Under the pieces are notes generated by a model. It ran no database searches and was not told the DNA's origin. It was given only the letters and a program-made list of their open reading frames with translations. The translations under genes were made by a program, and so were the position numbers. Positions 10,380 to 20,715 of a stretch of 64,000 nucleotides of DNA are shown one piece after another. This DNA comes from Chloroflexota bacterium (GTDB lineage: Bacteria > Chloroflexota > Anaerolineae > B4-G1 > DUEL01), in the NCBI GenBank assembly GCA_014874475.1, contig JADBJJ010000008.1:893-64892 (forward strand), in the 5' to 3' direction. Every line of letters starts with the position of its first letter. Position 1 is the first letter of the stretch.

Positions 10380-10844
10380 ATGGACGAGATGAAAGCAGGG
10401 AGTTCCCGGGAAGCCACAAACACGGCTCAGATACTGGCCGATATCGCCCGCGAACTGAACCGCATCAGCCGCGCGCTGGCCGCCTATGTGGAGGAGAATC
10501 CGTCGGAAGCGGAGGGCCTGAAAGCCAGCCGGAGCGCGCTGGCAAGCGCAGCCAGAAAACTGGAGCAACTGGAGAAGGAAGCCCTCAGCCGGGAGACGAC
10601 CGAGTCGGCGGAGCGGGAGACGGCCCGCCTTCGGAAGGCCGTCCTGGAAAACCTCCACCGACGGGGCCCGGCCCTCTTCCCCGAACTGGCCGCCGCCACC
10701 CTCTCCCTCCCCGATGAAATCCGCCCGGTCCTGCAGGCGATGCAGCGCGAGGGCCTGGTGGAAATCCAGACTCTGCGGGGGTGGGAAATGGTCTCCCTGA
10801 CCAAGCGGGGGCGGGACACAGTACGCCACCCAGAATACACGTAA
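10380..10844 (+). CDS. Hypothetical protein: predicted coiled-coil N-terminus plus C-terminal winged-helix (MarR-like) domain
   Basis: 154 aa with GAGGGGGG RBS. The Ala/Glu/Arg-rich heptad-like N-terminal half is followed by LSLPDEIRPVLQAMQREGLVEIQTLRGWEMVSLTKRGRD, a typical wHTH recognition helix plus wing. Confidence 0.5.
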   Translation: MDEMKAGSSREATNTAQILADIARELNRISRALAAYVEENPSEAEGLKASRSALASAARKLEQLEKEALSRETTESAERETARLRKAVLENLHRRGPALFPELAAATLSLPDEIRPVLQAMQREGLVEIQTLRGWEMVSLTKRGRDTVRHPEYT

Positions 10845-10869
10845 GGGGCGAAACAGGACGGGCGCTCCG

Positions 10870-11493
10870 ATGACCGCAAGGGATGTCGCCAACGCGCTGG
10901 GCCCCTACCTGCTGGTGGCCGTCCTGGCCTGCTCCTGGGCCCTGACCGAGATTATCCAGACCTTTCGGAGTGACCTCCGCCGGGCGCTGCGGAACGGGTG
11001 GAGCGAGGTGTTGATGGGGATCAACGGAGCCCTCGCCCTTCTCGTCTTCGCCCTGGCCCATTCCCTATCCCCTTCGGCCAACCCCTATCTCCTGGCTCTG
11101 GTAGCAGGGGTCGGATGGCAGGCCCTTCTCCGCACTCGCGTCAACCTCCTCCAGCCCCTCAACCCGACGATGGGAGAGGCGGTCTCCCTCTCCCTGTCCG
11201 ACCTCTACGGCCGTCTCCAGCGCTTCTGCTGGGAGCAGATCAACCAGAGCCTCCTCTCCGGCCGCATCCGCCTCCTGGAAGAAGCAATCCGCCTCCCCGT
11301 GGAGCAACTGGAGCGCCAGGTCCTCCTCTTCGCCCACGCCTCTGCCCTCCATCCCCCCGACCAGGTGGAAGCCTATCTGGAGAAACTGCGCAGCCGGAGG
11401 CCAGAGGAGCAGGCGCTGGCCCTGGCCGCGTACCTGTTGAGCCAGGGCGGCTACGACTTCCTCCGGGAACGGCTGAAAACGATGGAGAAATGA
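10870..11493 (+). CDS. Hypothetical membrane protein (about 3 N-terminal TM helices plus helical cytoplasmic tail)
   Basis: 207 aa. Hydrophobic segments LGPYLLVAVLACSWALTEII, LMGINGALALLVFALAHSL and YLLALVAGVGWQALL. No family recognised. Confidence 0.45.
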   Translation: MTARDVANALGPYLLVAVLACSWALTEIIQTFRSDLRRALRNGWSEVLMGINGALALLVFALAHSLSPSANPYLLALVAGVGWQALLRTRVNLLQPLNPTMGEAVSLSLSDLYGRLQRFCWEQINQSLLSGRIRLLEEAIRLPVEQLERQVLLFAHASALHPPDQVEAYLEKLRSRRPEEQALALAAYLLSQGGYDFLRERLKTMEK

Positions 11494-11691
11494 GATGCCC
11501 TCGTCGGACCACCCCCACATCGCGCCAGCACAGGTTCTGGCCGCCCTGGAGAATGAACAGGGGCAGAGAATCCTGCCGATGCAGGCCAGGGGAGCCGAGG
11601 CTCCCTCAAATAGAACCCGAATGCCCCCATCCCGCCCATCACGAAATACGCCCATACGGAAAACCCACACCATCCAACATCCGAGGTGCCT

Positions 11692-13245
11692 ATGCCCACC
11701 ATAGACGACCTGATTGCCCAACTCCATCAGATGCGCCAGCAAGCGCGACTGGCCGGCGGGCAGGAGCGCATTGACCGCCAGCACGCCCAGGGGAAACTGA
11801 CCGCCCGGGAGCGGGTGGAACGTCTCCTGGACCCCGGTTCCTTCCGGGAACTGGATATGTTCGTCACCCACCGCGCCGTGGGATTCGGCGTGGAGAAGCA
11901 GAAGTATCTTGGCGATTCCGTCGTCACCGGCTGGGGGACCATCAACGGGCGGTTGGTCTACATCTTCTCCCAGGACTTCACCGTTTTCGGCGGCTCCCTC
12001 TCCGAAGTCCACGCCGAGAAGGTCTGCAAAATTATGGACCTGGCTATGAAGAACGGGGCGCCGGTCATTGGCCTGAACGACTCCGGCGGCGCCCGCATCC
12101 AGGAGGGGGTCGTCTCTCTGGCGGGATACGCCTACATCTTCCTGCGCAACGTCCTGGCCTCCGGCGTGATCCCCCAGATTTCGGCCATTATGGGCCCCTG
12201 TGCAGGCGGCGCCGTCTACTCCCCGGCGATGACCGACTTCATCCTCATGGTCAAAGACACCAGCCACATGTTCATCACCGGCCCGGATGTCATCAAAGCG
12301 GTGACGCGAGAGGAGGTGACCTTTGAGGAACTGGGCGGGGCGATGACCCACGCCTCCAAGAGCGGCGTCGCCCACTTCGCCGCCGAGAACGAGGAGCACT
12401 GCTTTGACCTCATCCGCCGTCTCCTCTCCTACGTCCCCCAGAACAACATGGAGGACCCGCCCTTCGTCCCCACAGGCGACCCTGAGGACCGGCAGGACGA
12501 GGAATTGAAGACCATCATCCCTGAAAGCCCCACCCGTCCCTACGACGTCAAAGAGGTTATCCGACGGGTGGTGGATAACGGGGAGTTTCTGGAGGTCCAC
12601 GAGCACTGGGCGCAGAACATCGTCGTGGGGTTTGCCCGACTGGGGGGCTTCTCCGTGGGCATCGTCGCCAACCAGCCACTGGTCCTGGCCGGCGTCCTGG
12701 ATATAGACGCTTCCCGCAAGGCGGCCCGCTTCGTCCAGTTCTGCGATTGCTTCAACATCCCCATCGTCACCTTCGTGGACGTGCCCGGATTCCTGCCCGG
12801 CGTGAACCAGGAGCACGGCGGCATCATCATCCACGGCTCCAAGTTGCTCTGGGCCTACTGCGAGGCGACGGTGCCCAAAGTGACGGTCATCCTGCGCAAG
12901 GCCTACGGCGGCGCCTATGACGTGATGAGTTCCAAGCACATCCGGGGCGATATCTCCTACGCCTGGCCGACGGCAGAGATTGCGGTGATGGGGCCGGAGG
13001 GGGCGGTGAACATCATCTTCCGCAAAGAGATTGCGGCAGCGGCGGACCCTGAGGCGGAGCGGGAGCGGCTGGCGCGGGACTACCGGGAACGGTTCGCCAA
13101 CCCCTACATCGCAGCGGCGCGCGGCTACATAGACGACGTCATAGAGCCTCAGGAGACCCGCCCCCGGCTGATAGAGGCGCTGAAGATGTTGCGGAACAAG
13201 CGGGACGCCAACCCGCCCAAGAAACACGGCAATATCCCGCTCTAA
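11692..13245 (+). CDS. Acyl-CoA carboxylase carboxyltransferase subunit (propionyl-CoA carboxylase beta / methylmalonyl-CoA carboxyltransferase 12S-like)
   Basis: About 517 aa. [33 protein letters not shown], and [16 protein letters not shown] near the C-terminus. The ATG at 11692 follows GAGG. The track uses GTG at 11686. Confidence 0.88.
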   Translation: MPTIDDLIAQLHQMRQQARLAGGQERIDRQHAQGKLTARERVERLLDPGSFRELDMFVTHRAVGFGVEKQKYLGDSVVTGWGTINGRLVYIFSQDFTVFGGSLSEVHAEKVCKIMDLAMKNGAPVIGLNDSGGARIQEGVVSLAGYAYIFLRNVLASGVIPQISAIMGPCAGGAVYSPAMTDFILMVKDTSHMFITGPDVIKAVTREEVTFEELGGAMTHASKSGVAHFAAENEEHCFDLIRRLLSYVPQNNMEDPPFVPTGDPEDRQDEELKTIIPESPTRPYDVKEVIRRVVDNGEFLEVHEHWAQNIVVGFARLGGFSVGIVANQPLVLAGVLDIDASRKAARFVQFCDCFNIPIVTFVDVPGFLPGVNQEHGGIIIHGSKLLWAYCEATVPKVTVILRKAYGGAYDVMSSKHIRGDISYAWPTAEIAVMGPEGAVNIIFRKEIAAAADPEAERERLARDYRERFANPYIAAARGYIDDVIEPQETRPRLIEALKMLRNKRDANPPKKHGNIPL

Positions 13246-13261
13246 ACCACCCATACACGCT

Positions 13262-14029
13262 ATGGCATCCCTCTGGCTGACGTCCAACCGTACCCTCAAC
13301 ATCGCCCATCGCGGGGCCAGCGCCATCGCGCCGCCGAACACCCTGGCCGCCTTCCGCCGGGCCGCTCAACTGGGCGCCGACGGCGTAGAACTGGACGTCC
13401 ATCTCTCCGCCGATGGCGTCCCCGTGGTCATCCACGACTTCACCGTGGACGCGACCACCGACGGGACCGGACGGGTAGGGGAAATGCCCCTGGCTGCGCT
13501 GAAGGAACTGGACGCCGGTTCCCGCTTTGACCCCGCCTTCGCCGGCGAGCGCATCCCAACCCTGGAGGAGGTCTTCACCGAGGTGGGTGGCCGTCTCCTG
13601 ATCAACGTGGAACTGAAATCTATGCCCGGCAACGATTACCCGGGGCTGGAGGCGGCAGTGGCAGCGCTGATCCGGCGGCACGACCTGACCGCCCAGGTGC
13701 TGGTCTCCTCCTTCAACCCATTCGCCCTGCGGCGGTTCCGGCGGGAGATGCCGGAGGTGCCTATCGGCTTCCTATACGAGACGGCGCCCCTTTCCCGCGC
13801 CGCGCGCCTGGCGGCAGCGGTGGTCGGCCTGCGGCCCCATGCCGTTCATCCCTGGTGGGGCATGATTACCCCCCAGACCGTCCGGCGGGCCCATGCCCGG
13901 GGCCGGCGCGTCGTCGCCTGGACGGTGGACGACCCGGCAGCCATGGCCCGCCTGGCGGAATGGGGGGTGGATGCCATCATCACCAATCATCCCGACCGGA
14001 TGCCCAGACACCGTTCACCGGCCACTTGA
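13262..14029 (+). CDS. Glycerophosphodiester phosphodiesterase
   Basis: 255 aa with NIAHRGAS...PPNTLAAF..A...GADGVELDVHLSADGVPVVIHD, the GDPD catalytic motif set. Confidence 0.85.
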   Translation: MASLWLTSNRTLNIAHRGASAIAPPNTLAAFRRAAQLGADGVELDVHLSADGVPVVIHDFTVDATTDGTGRVGEMPLAALKELDAGSRFDPAFAGERIPTLEEVFTEVGGRLLINVELKSMPGNDYPGLEAAVAALIRRHDLTAQVLVSSFNPFALRRFRREMPEVPIGFLYETAPLSRAARLAAAVVGLRPHAVHPWWGMITPQTVRRAHARGRRVVAWTVDDPAAMARLAEWGVDAIITNHPDRMPRHRSPAT

Positions 14030-14102
14030 CTTGACGTCTCGGGGGATTTCGGATATACTTAATAAGACCAGGGTTTTGATGTTCTTGGAAAGAGGTGGCG
14101 AA

Positions 14103-17100
14103 ATGAATCAGTGGCGCTTCCCGGGACGCTGGTTGGCAATCTCATTTCTTCTGGCTCTGGTAGGAACGGCGGCTCTGCTCCTGGGCCTGCAACCCGAGAC
14201 GGCGGCCGCTCCGGCAACTGGCCCCCTCCGTCTCCCCCTCTCCCAATCCCAGCAGGGACTTCAAATAGACAAAGCGGGTCCGGATAAGGTCACCATCCTG
14301 GATACCATCACCTACACCATCCGCATCACCAATGCCTCCGGACAAACGCTCCAGAACGTAATTATCACCGACACCTACAGCAGCAAGATTTCTCCCTCCG
14401 GTGCTCCCTTCTTCCTGGCCGAATATAATGGCAATTATACCGCCCAGGGGGTCACCGTCCAGGGGTTCACCTGGACGGTAAATACGGCCCTCAAGCGGGG
14501 AGAAATCTACTGGTATCTGGGCACCCTGGCCCCCGGCGTTAACGGAACCATCGTTCTGACTATGGGGGTTCCCGATGGCCTCCAGCCGACACACAAGCAC
14601 GCGGGCACGGAAATAGGCCCTTCTAGCCTGGAGAACTCCCTCGTCATCACCACCAGCACTCCGGGGGTGCCCGGCAGCCATGACATCGCCGCCTCCTCCA
14701 TCGTCGGCCCGGTGTTAAAACTGCAGAAATCCTATCGGACCGAAACGGGGCTTCCCGATAAGGAGCGGGTGGGCCGTCTGGTGACCTATACCATCCGAGT
14801 GGATAACGTCCCCACGACTGAACGGGATGACTCCTGGCCCGCCACCAGGCTGAAAGTGTGGGAGATTCTCCCTCCCAATCTGGATTTCCTCACCGCCACC
14901 TCCTCCATCCCCGGCGTGACCGTTTTCTACACGCCAGCGGCCCGCATCATCACCTGGACCTATCCGGCCGATTTTGTCCTCAATCCCGGGGAGACCACGT
15001 TCGTCACTTTCACCGTTCGCATCACCCTGACCGCAACGACGGACACTTCCTTGAAAAACGAGAGGGATCGATGTCAGGCTATATCGGCCGAGATGGTGAA
15101 ACCGGTCCGGTGCGCCGGTGACATTTCCATCCGGGTGCTGACCCCCCAGGACAAAACGGTGGAGACCGCATCACCGCCCACTCAGGTGGATAGGAGTTTC
15201 CCCAACCGCCCGGTGACCTACACCATCCACATCTACAACCCCCTCCAGACGGAAGTGACTGGCGTGGTGGTCACCGACGCGATGCCCTCTACCTTCGTCT
15301 TCCAGTCCATGGTTCGCGGACCCCAACCCGCGGCTGTCCTCACCAACGTCGTCCGCTGGGAGAATCTGACCCTGCCGGCCAACGGCGTCATCAGTTTCAC
15401 CTTCCGCGCCTGGATCGGCGCCCAGACGCCGGTGGAAAGTAACTGTAACCCCAAGGAATATCCGAATTTTATCACCGTGACGGCCCCTGCCTTTCCAAGG
15501 CAATACTTCACCAGAGACCATGGCAAAGTCATCATATATCCGCAAATCAAAGTGAACAAGGCAGTGGCGCCCACCCTTCAATCCCCAGGAGATCGGGTGA
15601 TATATACGATCACGTTGAGGAACGAGGGCGATACCTCCGTTTCCGGCATCATTATCACGGACACCCTCCCTCCCGCTTTCCGATTCTCGGCGATGGCCTC
15701 ATCCCCGCCGGGGAATCCCCAAATCCTGACCAGTTCTCCGAACATCATCTGGTGGGGGCCGGAGCAGGGAATTCCCCCGATGCTACCCGGCGGGGAGTTT
15801 TCGTTCTCTTTCTGGGCAACAGTAGATGGAGAAATTGACCGGAGTTATCCCAATGCGGTCTCGGGCTACAGTCCGGATACCTATATTTGCCAAATCACAA
15901 AAGCATCAGTGAAAGTAGATTCCCCCTTTCGTTACACCAAAACGGCTGACCCGCCTACTGTGGTTCAGGGAGAAAGCTTCCAGTATACGGTGCAGTTCTG
16001 GAATGTCTCATCGGTGCGCGATTACAGTATAGATAGGTTCATAGACACCCTTCCCACAGGCTTCCACGCCGGCGGAAGCGCCCAGTATGCCCATGTCATC
16101 ACCCCTCCTTTCACCCTTGCGCGAAACAGCGGCACCATCTGGGAACACACCTTCACCGTGTCCGTCATCGGCGAGGACACTGGCTCCCAGTGGTGTAATG
16201 ATCTTTTTGAGGAAAGCAGACGGACCAAATGGCAGGATCAGAACGCCTTTGGCATTCGCACGATAGATCCCGCAGATTGGTGGATGAATAAAGACAAGGC
16301 CGGACCAGTCTACGTCTACCCGCACGTCTCCCTGGTGCCGGTGGCGAACCCCAACCCGGTAGGGCTGGGCAGTCTGTTCACGGTTACCCTCTACCTGACC
16401 AACCATATCCGCAGCCCTGCGATGCCGGTGACCCTGACGGCAGTGAACTACGCGTTGCCGGCCGGCTTTCAGGCCCTTGGAGAAGGGCCAACTCCTCCGG
16501 ATGAATGTGTTAGCCAGGTCTGCATCTGGCGCGATCGGGTGTTGCCGGCCTCTGGAAACCTGGCCCTCCATCTTCGCGCGCGGGCGCCGTTCACCCTGAC
16601 CAATTTCAATAGTTCCGCTTGGGCCACCCCTGTAGACACAAATTTGTGCGTTCCGACAGGCAAACTGGTCATCAGCGTGGTTCGGGGGGTGGAGTTAAAG
16701 AAAAAGCCGAATGTTCCGCAGATCGGCCCCCTGGGTCTTTTAGAGTATACGCTGGAAGCGACCAACCTGACCGGCGGACCCGTCTACAACGTGCGCATCA
16801 CCGACACGTTTGAGGGAGAGTTCCAGTACGTGGAGACCACCAGCGGGCGTCAACCGATCACGACTATGCCCCTGGTGTGGGAAATTCCCTATCTGGGACC
16901 TGCCGGCAGCGGGACAAACAAAGAAATCATCCGCTTCCGCGCCCGCTCGGGCGTGCTGGTCGGACGGTGGTACAATCAGGTGAACGGCGTCTCCCCATCC
17001 ACATACGTCACCCAGAGCGCCAACTATACGAAAGAGGTGGAGGTGTTCGTGATTTCCGGCATCGGCCTCTATAAGGTGGCCAGCCCGGAGGTTATCGCGG

Positions 17101-18710
17101 CCGGAGAAACGGTGGTCTATACCATTACTCTCTACAACGGCTCGGACCAGTACGATCTCCGCAACATCCGCATCACCGATACGCTCCCGGCTGGCTTCAC
17201 GTATGACGGGATGGTATCGGGGCTCCCTCCGGCCCAGACGAGCCCACCGACCTGGATAATCGCAGGCCCGCTGAGAAAGAATGACAGCCTGATTCTGGTC
17301 TTCCGGGCGAAGACGAACGCCCAGATGGCCAGCGGCCGCTACTATAACCGGGTCGCTGGCTACGCCCAGAAGGCCATCCCCCCGTATGACCCGGTGGTGG
17401 TGCCGGAGACCGGGGATACGGCCCCGGTCTACGTCCGGGGCATCCCCACGGTGAAACTGGATAAAAGCGTGGAGCCTCCGGAGGTTCGGGCCGGGAGAAC
17501 CGTCACTTACACGATCACCATCTACAACGAAACCAACACGCCTCAGACACTCCGACTGACGGATACCCTCCCCGTCTCCGTCACCTGGACGGGGATGATA
17601 GAGGGACCGACACCGGTGATGACCGTTCCAGTGGTTGTCTGGGACACTCTCTCGGTGGGTAGCAACCAGACCGTCACCCTCCGCTTCCAGGCGACGGTAG
17701 ACCCGCTGGCCCGCAGCGGGACGTACTACAATCACCTGGAAGCCCGTGCTGGCCCTTTTATCCTCCCGCCGCTGGACGCGGCCCCGCTGACCATCCAGGA
17801 AATCCCCCGGGTGGATGCTCAGGTCTCCATAGATGACGGACGGATCACAGCCCGTCCGGGCGACGTCCTGGGATACACCATCTTTTTCACCAACGCCTCC
17901 CCCATCACCACAGAAAACGTCATCCTGACCGCGACCCTGGAGCCGGCAGACTATCTGGGTGTCTCCGGCGCAGGATGGATGGAGGCAGCAAGCGGCATCT
18001 ACACCTACTCCGTGGGCTCCCTGACACCGGGGGCAAGCGGCGATGCCTCCCTGGAAGTTCAAATCAACCCCGACATCCCCGACGCCTTCTGGACGGTAAC
18101 CGCCACGGTCCAGATAGGTTACGAGACGGCGGAGGAGGTCGTAGAGGATAATCCGCAGAACAACACAGACCAGGATATAGATATTCTGCGCGGCCCGGAC
18201 CTGGTGGTGACAGCCCTCACCTGGCAGCCGACCCAGCCGGTAGCGGGACGGCCCATCACTTTCTACGCCACCATCAAAAACCAGGGCACCGATCCGGTCA
18301 ACCAGCGGTGGGATGGCAGCGGTCAGAACGAACACTGGCTGTTTGTGGTGGAACTCTATGCGAAAGGACCCGGCCTCCCCGCCACGCCGCCGGCGGACGT
18401 GTTTGACCATATCGGTGGGTACTGCGCCGATAGCGCCTGTTCCACAATCCGGCACGAATTTCTGGGTTGGCCTGTAGGATTCCAGGCGAACGAAGAGCGA
18501 ACCGTGCTTTTCATTGTCAACCTTCCGGAAGGCGCATATCACCTCTACACCCAGGTCGATGTGACCCAGACTGGAGCCCCACCCTGGGGACAGCCCTTCG
18601 GGCTGATCCGGGAAGCAGTTGAGAACAACAACATCTACGCCGGGGGACAGATATTCGTTCAGCGACCTGTCTTCTACGTCTATTTGCCCCTGGTCCTGCG
18701 CCATCGTTAG
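14103..18710 (+). CDS. Giant secreted cell-surface protein with multiple DUF11 (TIGR01451) repeats and a C-terminal CARDB-like domain
   Basis: Start reassigned to the ATG at 14103 (GAAAGAGGTGG RBS). Signal/anchor MNQWRFPGRWLAISFLLALVGTAALLLG. At least 9 repeats of the motif (V/L)xYT(I/L)x(I/V)xNxx...(I/V)TDT(L)P. C-terminus GPDLVVTALTWQPTQPVAGRPITFYATIKNQGTDPV is CARDB-like. Confidence 0.8.
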   Translation: MNQWRFPGRWLAISFLLALVGTAALLLGLQPETAAAPATGPLRLPLSQSQQGLQIDKAGPDKVTILDTITYTIRITNASGQTLQNVIITDTYSSKISPSGAPFFLAEYNGNYTAQGVTVQGFTWTVNTALKRGEIYWYLGTLAPGVNGTIVLTMGVPDGLQPTHKHAGTEIGPSSLENSLVITTSTPGVPGSHDIAASSIVGPVLKLQKSYRTETGLPDKERVGRLVTYTIRVDNVPTTERDDSWPATRLKVWEILPPNLDFLTATSSIPGVTVFYTPAARIITWTYPADFVLNPGETTFVTFTVRITLTATTDTSLKNERDRCQAISAEMVKPVRCAGDISIRVLTPQDKTVETASPPTQVDRSFPNRPVTYTIHIYNPLQTEVTGVVVTDAMPSTFVFQSMVRGPQPAAVLTNVVRWENLTLPANGVISFTFRAWIGAQTPVESNCNPKEYPNFITVTAPAFPRQYFTRDHGKVIIYPQIKVNKAVAPTLQSPGDRVIYTITLRNEGDTSVSGIIITDTLPPAFRFSAMASSPPGNPQILTSSPNIIWWGPEQGIPPMLPGGEFSFSFWATVDGEIDRSYPNAVSGYSPDTYICQITKASVKVDSPFRYTKTADPPTVVQGESFQYTVQFWNVSSVRDYSIDRFIDTLPTGFHAGGSAQYAHVITPPFTLARNSGTIWEHTFTVSVIGEDTGSQWCNDLFEESRRTKWQDQNAFGIRTIDPADWWMNKDKAGPVYVYPHVSLVPVANPNPVGLGSLFTVTLYLTNHIRSPAMPVTLTAVNYALPAGFQALGEGPTPPDECVSQVCIWRDRVLPASGNLALHLRARAPFTLTNFNSSAWATPVDTNLCVPTGKLVISVVRGVELKKKPNVPQIGPLGLLEYTLEATNLTGGPVYNVRITDTFEGEFQYVETTSGRQPITTMPLVWEIPYLGPAGSGTNKEIIRFRARSGVLVGRWYNQVNGVSPSTYVTQSANYTKEVEVFVISGIGLYKVASPEVIAAGETVVYTITLYNGSDQYDLRNIRITDTLPAGFTYDGMVSGLPPAQTSPPTWIIAGPLRKNDSLILVFRAKTNAQMASGRYYNRVAGYAQKAIPPYDPVVVPETGDTAPVYVRGIPTVKLDKSVEPPEVRAGRTVTYTITIYNETNTPQTLRLTDTLPVSVTWTGMIEGPTPVMTVPVVVWDTLSVGSNQTVTLRFQATVDPLARSGTYYNHLEARAGPFILPPLDAAPLTIQEIPRVDAQVSIDDGRITARPGDVLGYTIFFTNASPITTENVILTATLEPADYLGVSGAGWMEAASGIYTYSVGSLTPGASGDASLEVQINPDIPDAFWTVTATVQIGYETAEEVVEDNPQNNTDQDIDILRGPDLVVTALTWQPTQPVAGRPITFYATIKNQGTDPVNQRWDGSGQNEHWLFVVELYAKGPGLPATPPADVFDHIGGYCADSACSTIRHEFLGWPVGFQANEERTVLFIVNLPEGAYHLYTQVDVTQTGAPPWGQPFGLIREAVENNNIYAGGQIFVQRPVFYVYLPLVLRHR

Positions 18711-18739
18711 TCCCATCGTCGGTCAGGAAAGGATTGCCG

Positions 18740-19333
18740 ATGAGAACACCAAGAATGCTCCGGGGCCTGTTTTACCTAGGGGTGCTGCTGATTATAATGT
18801 CGGTAGTCATCGGAGAATGGGCCAGGGAAGTGGTAGCACAGCTACTAACGCCCACTCCGCCAGCGGCGTCACCATCGCCCACCGACACGCCGACGGCGAC
18901 ACCATCGCCCACCGACACGCCAGCGGCGCCACCACCGCCCACCGACACGCCAGCGGCGTCACCATCGCCCACCGACACGCCAGCGGCGTCACCATCGCCC
19001 ACACCTGTACCGGCATCCCCGACGCCCATTCCGCCGTCGCCCACGTCGCCGCCTCCACCCCCGCCCCCGCCGCCTCCGCCGCCGACGCAACCGCCAGAGC
19101 CACCCCCGCCGCCTCCGCAACCGCCAGAGCCGCCCCCGCCGCCGGCGCCGACTGAGCCCCCTGCAACGCCCTCTCCCACTCCGAGAGTGGCCCGGATGGC
19201 CAGAGGGCAGTTGCCGACCACGGGCGTGGCCGTCGGGTGGCTGTGGGGAGGCATAGGCCTGGGAACGGTGATGCTGGCCCTGGCCCTGATCCGGCGCTAC
19301 GGTCGGAACCGACGAAAGCCTGACCAGCCATAA
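18740..19333 (+). CDS. Pro/Thr-rich LPXTG-anchored surface protein
   Basis: Signal anchor LRGLFYLGVLLIIMSVVI, then SPTDTPAA repeats and a poly-Pro tract. C-terminal sorting signal LPTTG, a hydrophobic helix and the RRYGRNRRK tail. The ATG at 18740 follows AGGAAAGGA. Confidence 0.7.
   Translation: MRTPRMLRGLFYLGVLLIIMSVVIGEWAREVVAQLLTPTPPAASPSPTDTPTATPSPTDTPAAPPPPTDTPAASPSPTDTPAASPSPTPVPASPTPIPPSPTSPPPPPPPPPPPPTQPPEPPPPPPQPPEPPPPPAPTEPPATPSPTPRVARMARGQLPTTGVAVGWLWGGIGLGTVMLALALIRRYGRNRRKPDQP
18871..19003 (+). repeat. In-frame 30-bp tandem repeat, about 4.4 copies
   Basis: Unit accatcgcccaccgacacgccagcggcgtc at 18871, 18901, 18931 and 18961, plus a partial copy at 18991, with 1-3 substitutions per copy. 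Encodes (S/P)PSPTDTPAA. Confidence 0.9.
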
Positions 19334-19424
19334 CCATCGGCCCTGAATACGGGAAACCATCGCAAGGAAAGCGGGTTTTCTCTATTACAGTCGTCCTACC
19401 CCACTTTCTATCCGGAGGTAACTC

Positions 19425-20660
19425 TTGCAAGACGCTATGCTGACCCCCGAACAGCGGGCCCTGCGGGAGCAAGTGCGGGACTTCGTCCGCAGCGTGCCCC
19501 GACAATTGATCCTGGATATGGATGCCGACCGCGTCCGCTACCCGCGCGAGTTCGTCCGCGAGGCCGGAGAGCGGGGCCTGCTGGGGCTCCGCTTTCCGCC
19601 TCAATACGGCGGACGGGGCCTGCGCTGGGAGGATGAAATTATCGCCATTGAGGAGGTGGGCATCCTGGGCACTGCGCTGGCCTGCGCCTACGTGATGCCC
19701 AGCATCGTCGGCGAGGCGCTGAACATCTTCGGCACTCCCGAGCAGAAAGAGCGCTGGCTGCGACCGCTCATCTCTGGCGAGAAAATCGCCGCCGAAGCCC
19801 TCACCGAACCCCGGGGCGGCTCCGACTTCTTCGGCACCACCACTGAGGCCCGGCGCGAAGGAGACCACTACATCCTGCGGGGACAGAAGCGCTTCATCGT
19901 CGGCGCGGCGGAGGCCGATTTCTTCCTGGTCTACGCCCGCACCGACCCCAGCGCTCCACCCCACCAGGGCATCAGCGCGTTCATCGTGGAGCGGGGGCCA
20001 GGGGTGGACGTGGCCTACCTCTACGGCCTTCTGGGGACCCGCGGCGGCGGCACCGGACGGGTGGTCTTCCGGGATGCGCGGGTACCGGCGGAAAACCGGA
20101 TCGGCCCAGAGAACGGCGCCGCTGATATCTTCTACCGGATGATGATCCCCGAACGGATGACCAGCGCAGCGGGGGCCATCGGTATGGGTCGGGCCGCGCT
20201 GGAGGTCGCCGCCCGCTACTCCGACCGCCGCAAGGCCTTCGGAGAGAAAATCCGCCGCTTCCAGGCCGTCAGTTTCAAAATTGCCGATTCTATCACCTTG
20301 CTGGACGCCGCCCGCGGCCTGGTCTACAGCGCGGCCCGCTGCATAGACGCCGGGGATGACCCCGGCCGCGCCCGCCGCCTCGTCTCCGAGGCCAAGAAGT
20401 TCGCCACCGACGCCGCCTGGCAGGTCATCAACTACGCGATGCAGGTGGTCGGCGGCATCGGCTACACCAGCGTCTACCCCATAGAGCGGCTGCTGCGGGA
20501 CGCCCGGCTGATTATGATCTGGACCGGCACCAATGAGATTATGGACCTCATCATCCAGCACGAGTACTACCGGGAGGTTCTGGCCCCCCGGCCCGAAGTG
20601 CGGGATGTAGAGGCCGACGCGCCGGAGGCGGAACAGATAGAGGAGAAGGTGTACGAGTAA
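19425..20660 (+). CDS. Acyl-CoA dehydrogenase
   Basis: 411 aa. [10 protein letters not shown] motif, C-terminal QVVGGIGYT and IWTGTNEIM, typical of the ACAD family. Start is TTG at 19425 or ATG at 19437. Confidence 0.85.
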   Translation: MQDAMLTPEQRALREQVRDFVRSVPRQLILDMDADRVRYPREFVREAGERGLLGLRFPPQYGGRGLRWEDEIIAIEEVGILGTALACAYVMPSIVGEALNIFGTPEQKERWLRPLISGEKIAAEALTEPRGGSDFFGTTTEARREGDHYILRGQKRFIVGAAEADFFLVYARTDPSAPPHQGISAFIVERGPGVDVAYLYGLLGTRGGGTGRVVFRDARVPAENRIGPENGAADIFYRMMIPERMTSAAGAIGMGRAALEVAARYSDRRKAFGEKIRRFQAVSFKIADSITLLDAARGLVYSAARCIDAGDDPGRARRLVSEAKKFATDAAWQVINYAMQVVGGIGYTSVYPIERLLRDARLIMIWTGTNEIMDLIIQHEYYREVLAPRPEVRDVEADAPEAEQIEEKVYE

Positions 20661-20715
20661 CAGCATCCCGCGCCGGGCACCTTTGAACGTGCCGGGCACA
20701 TCAGGGAATGGTGGA

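Noticed and set aside
11065-13341. 758-aa minus-strand ORF opposite the carboxyltransferase and neighbouring genes
   Set aside because: Shadow ORF. The plus-strand frames carry the recognisable motifs, and this ORF crosses two gene boundaries.
13893-14102. 70-codon N-terminal extension of the giant surface protein, overlapping the GDPD gene
   Set aside because: The extension overlaps the GDPD coding region and lacks a signal peptide. The ATG at 14103 has an RBS and is followed immediately by a signal-anchor sequence.
18871-19003. Tandem direct repeats here and at 43301-43480, considered as a possible CRISPR array or other non-coding repeat element
   Set aside because: The repeats are head-to-tail with no unique spacers. 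Unit lengths are multiples of 3, they sit inside ORFs, and they encode PT-rich linkers. No cas genes are nearby.
16740-20699. 658-aa and 630-aa minus-strand ORFs (16740-18716 and 18807-20699)
   Set aside because: They are antisense to the DUF11 protein, the LPXTG protein and the acyl-CoA dehydrogenase. They have no domains and are compositionally biased shadow frames.
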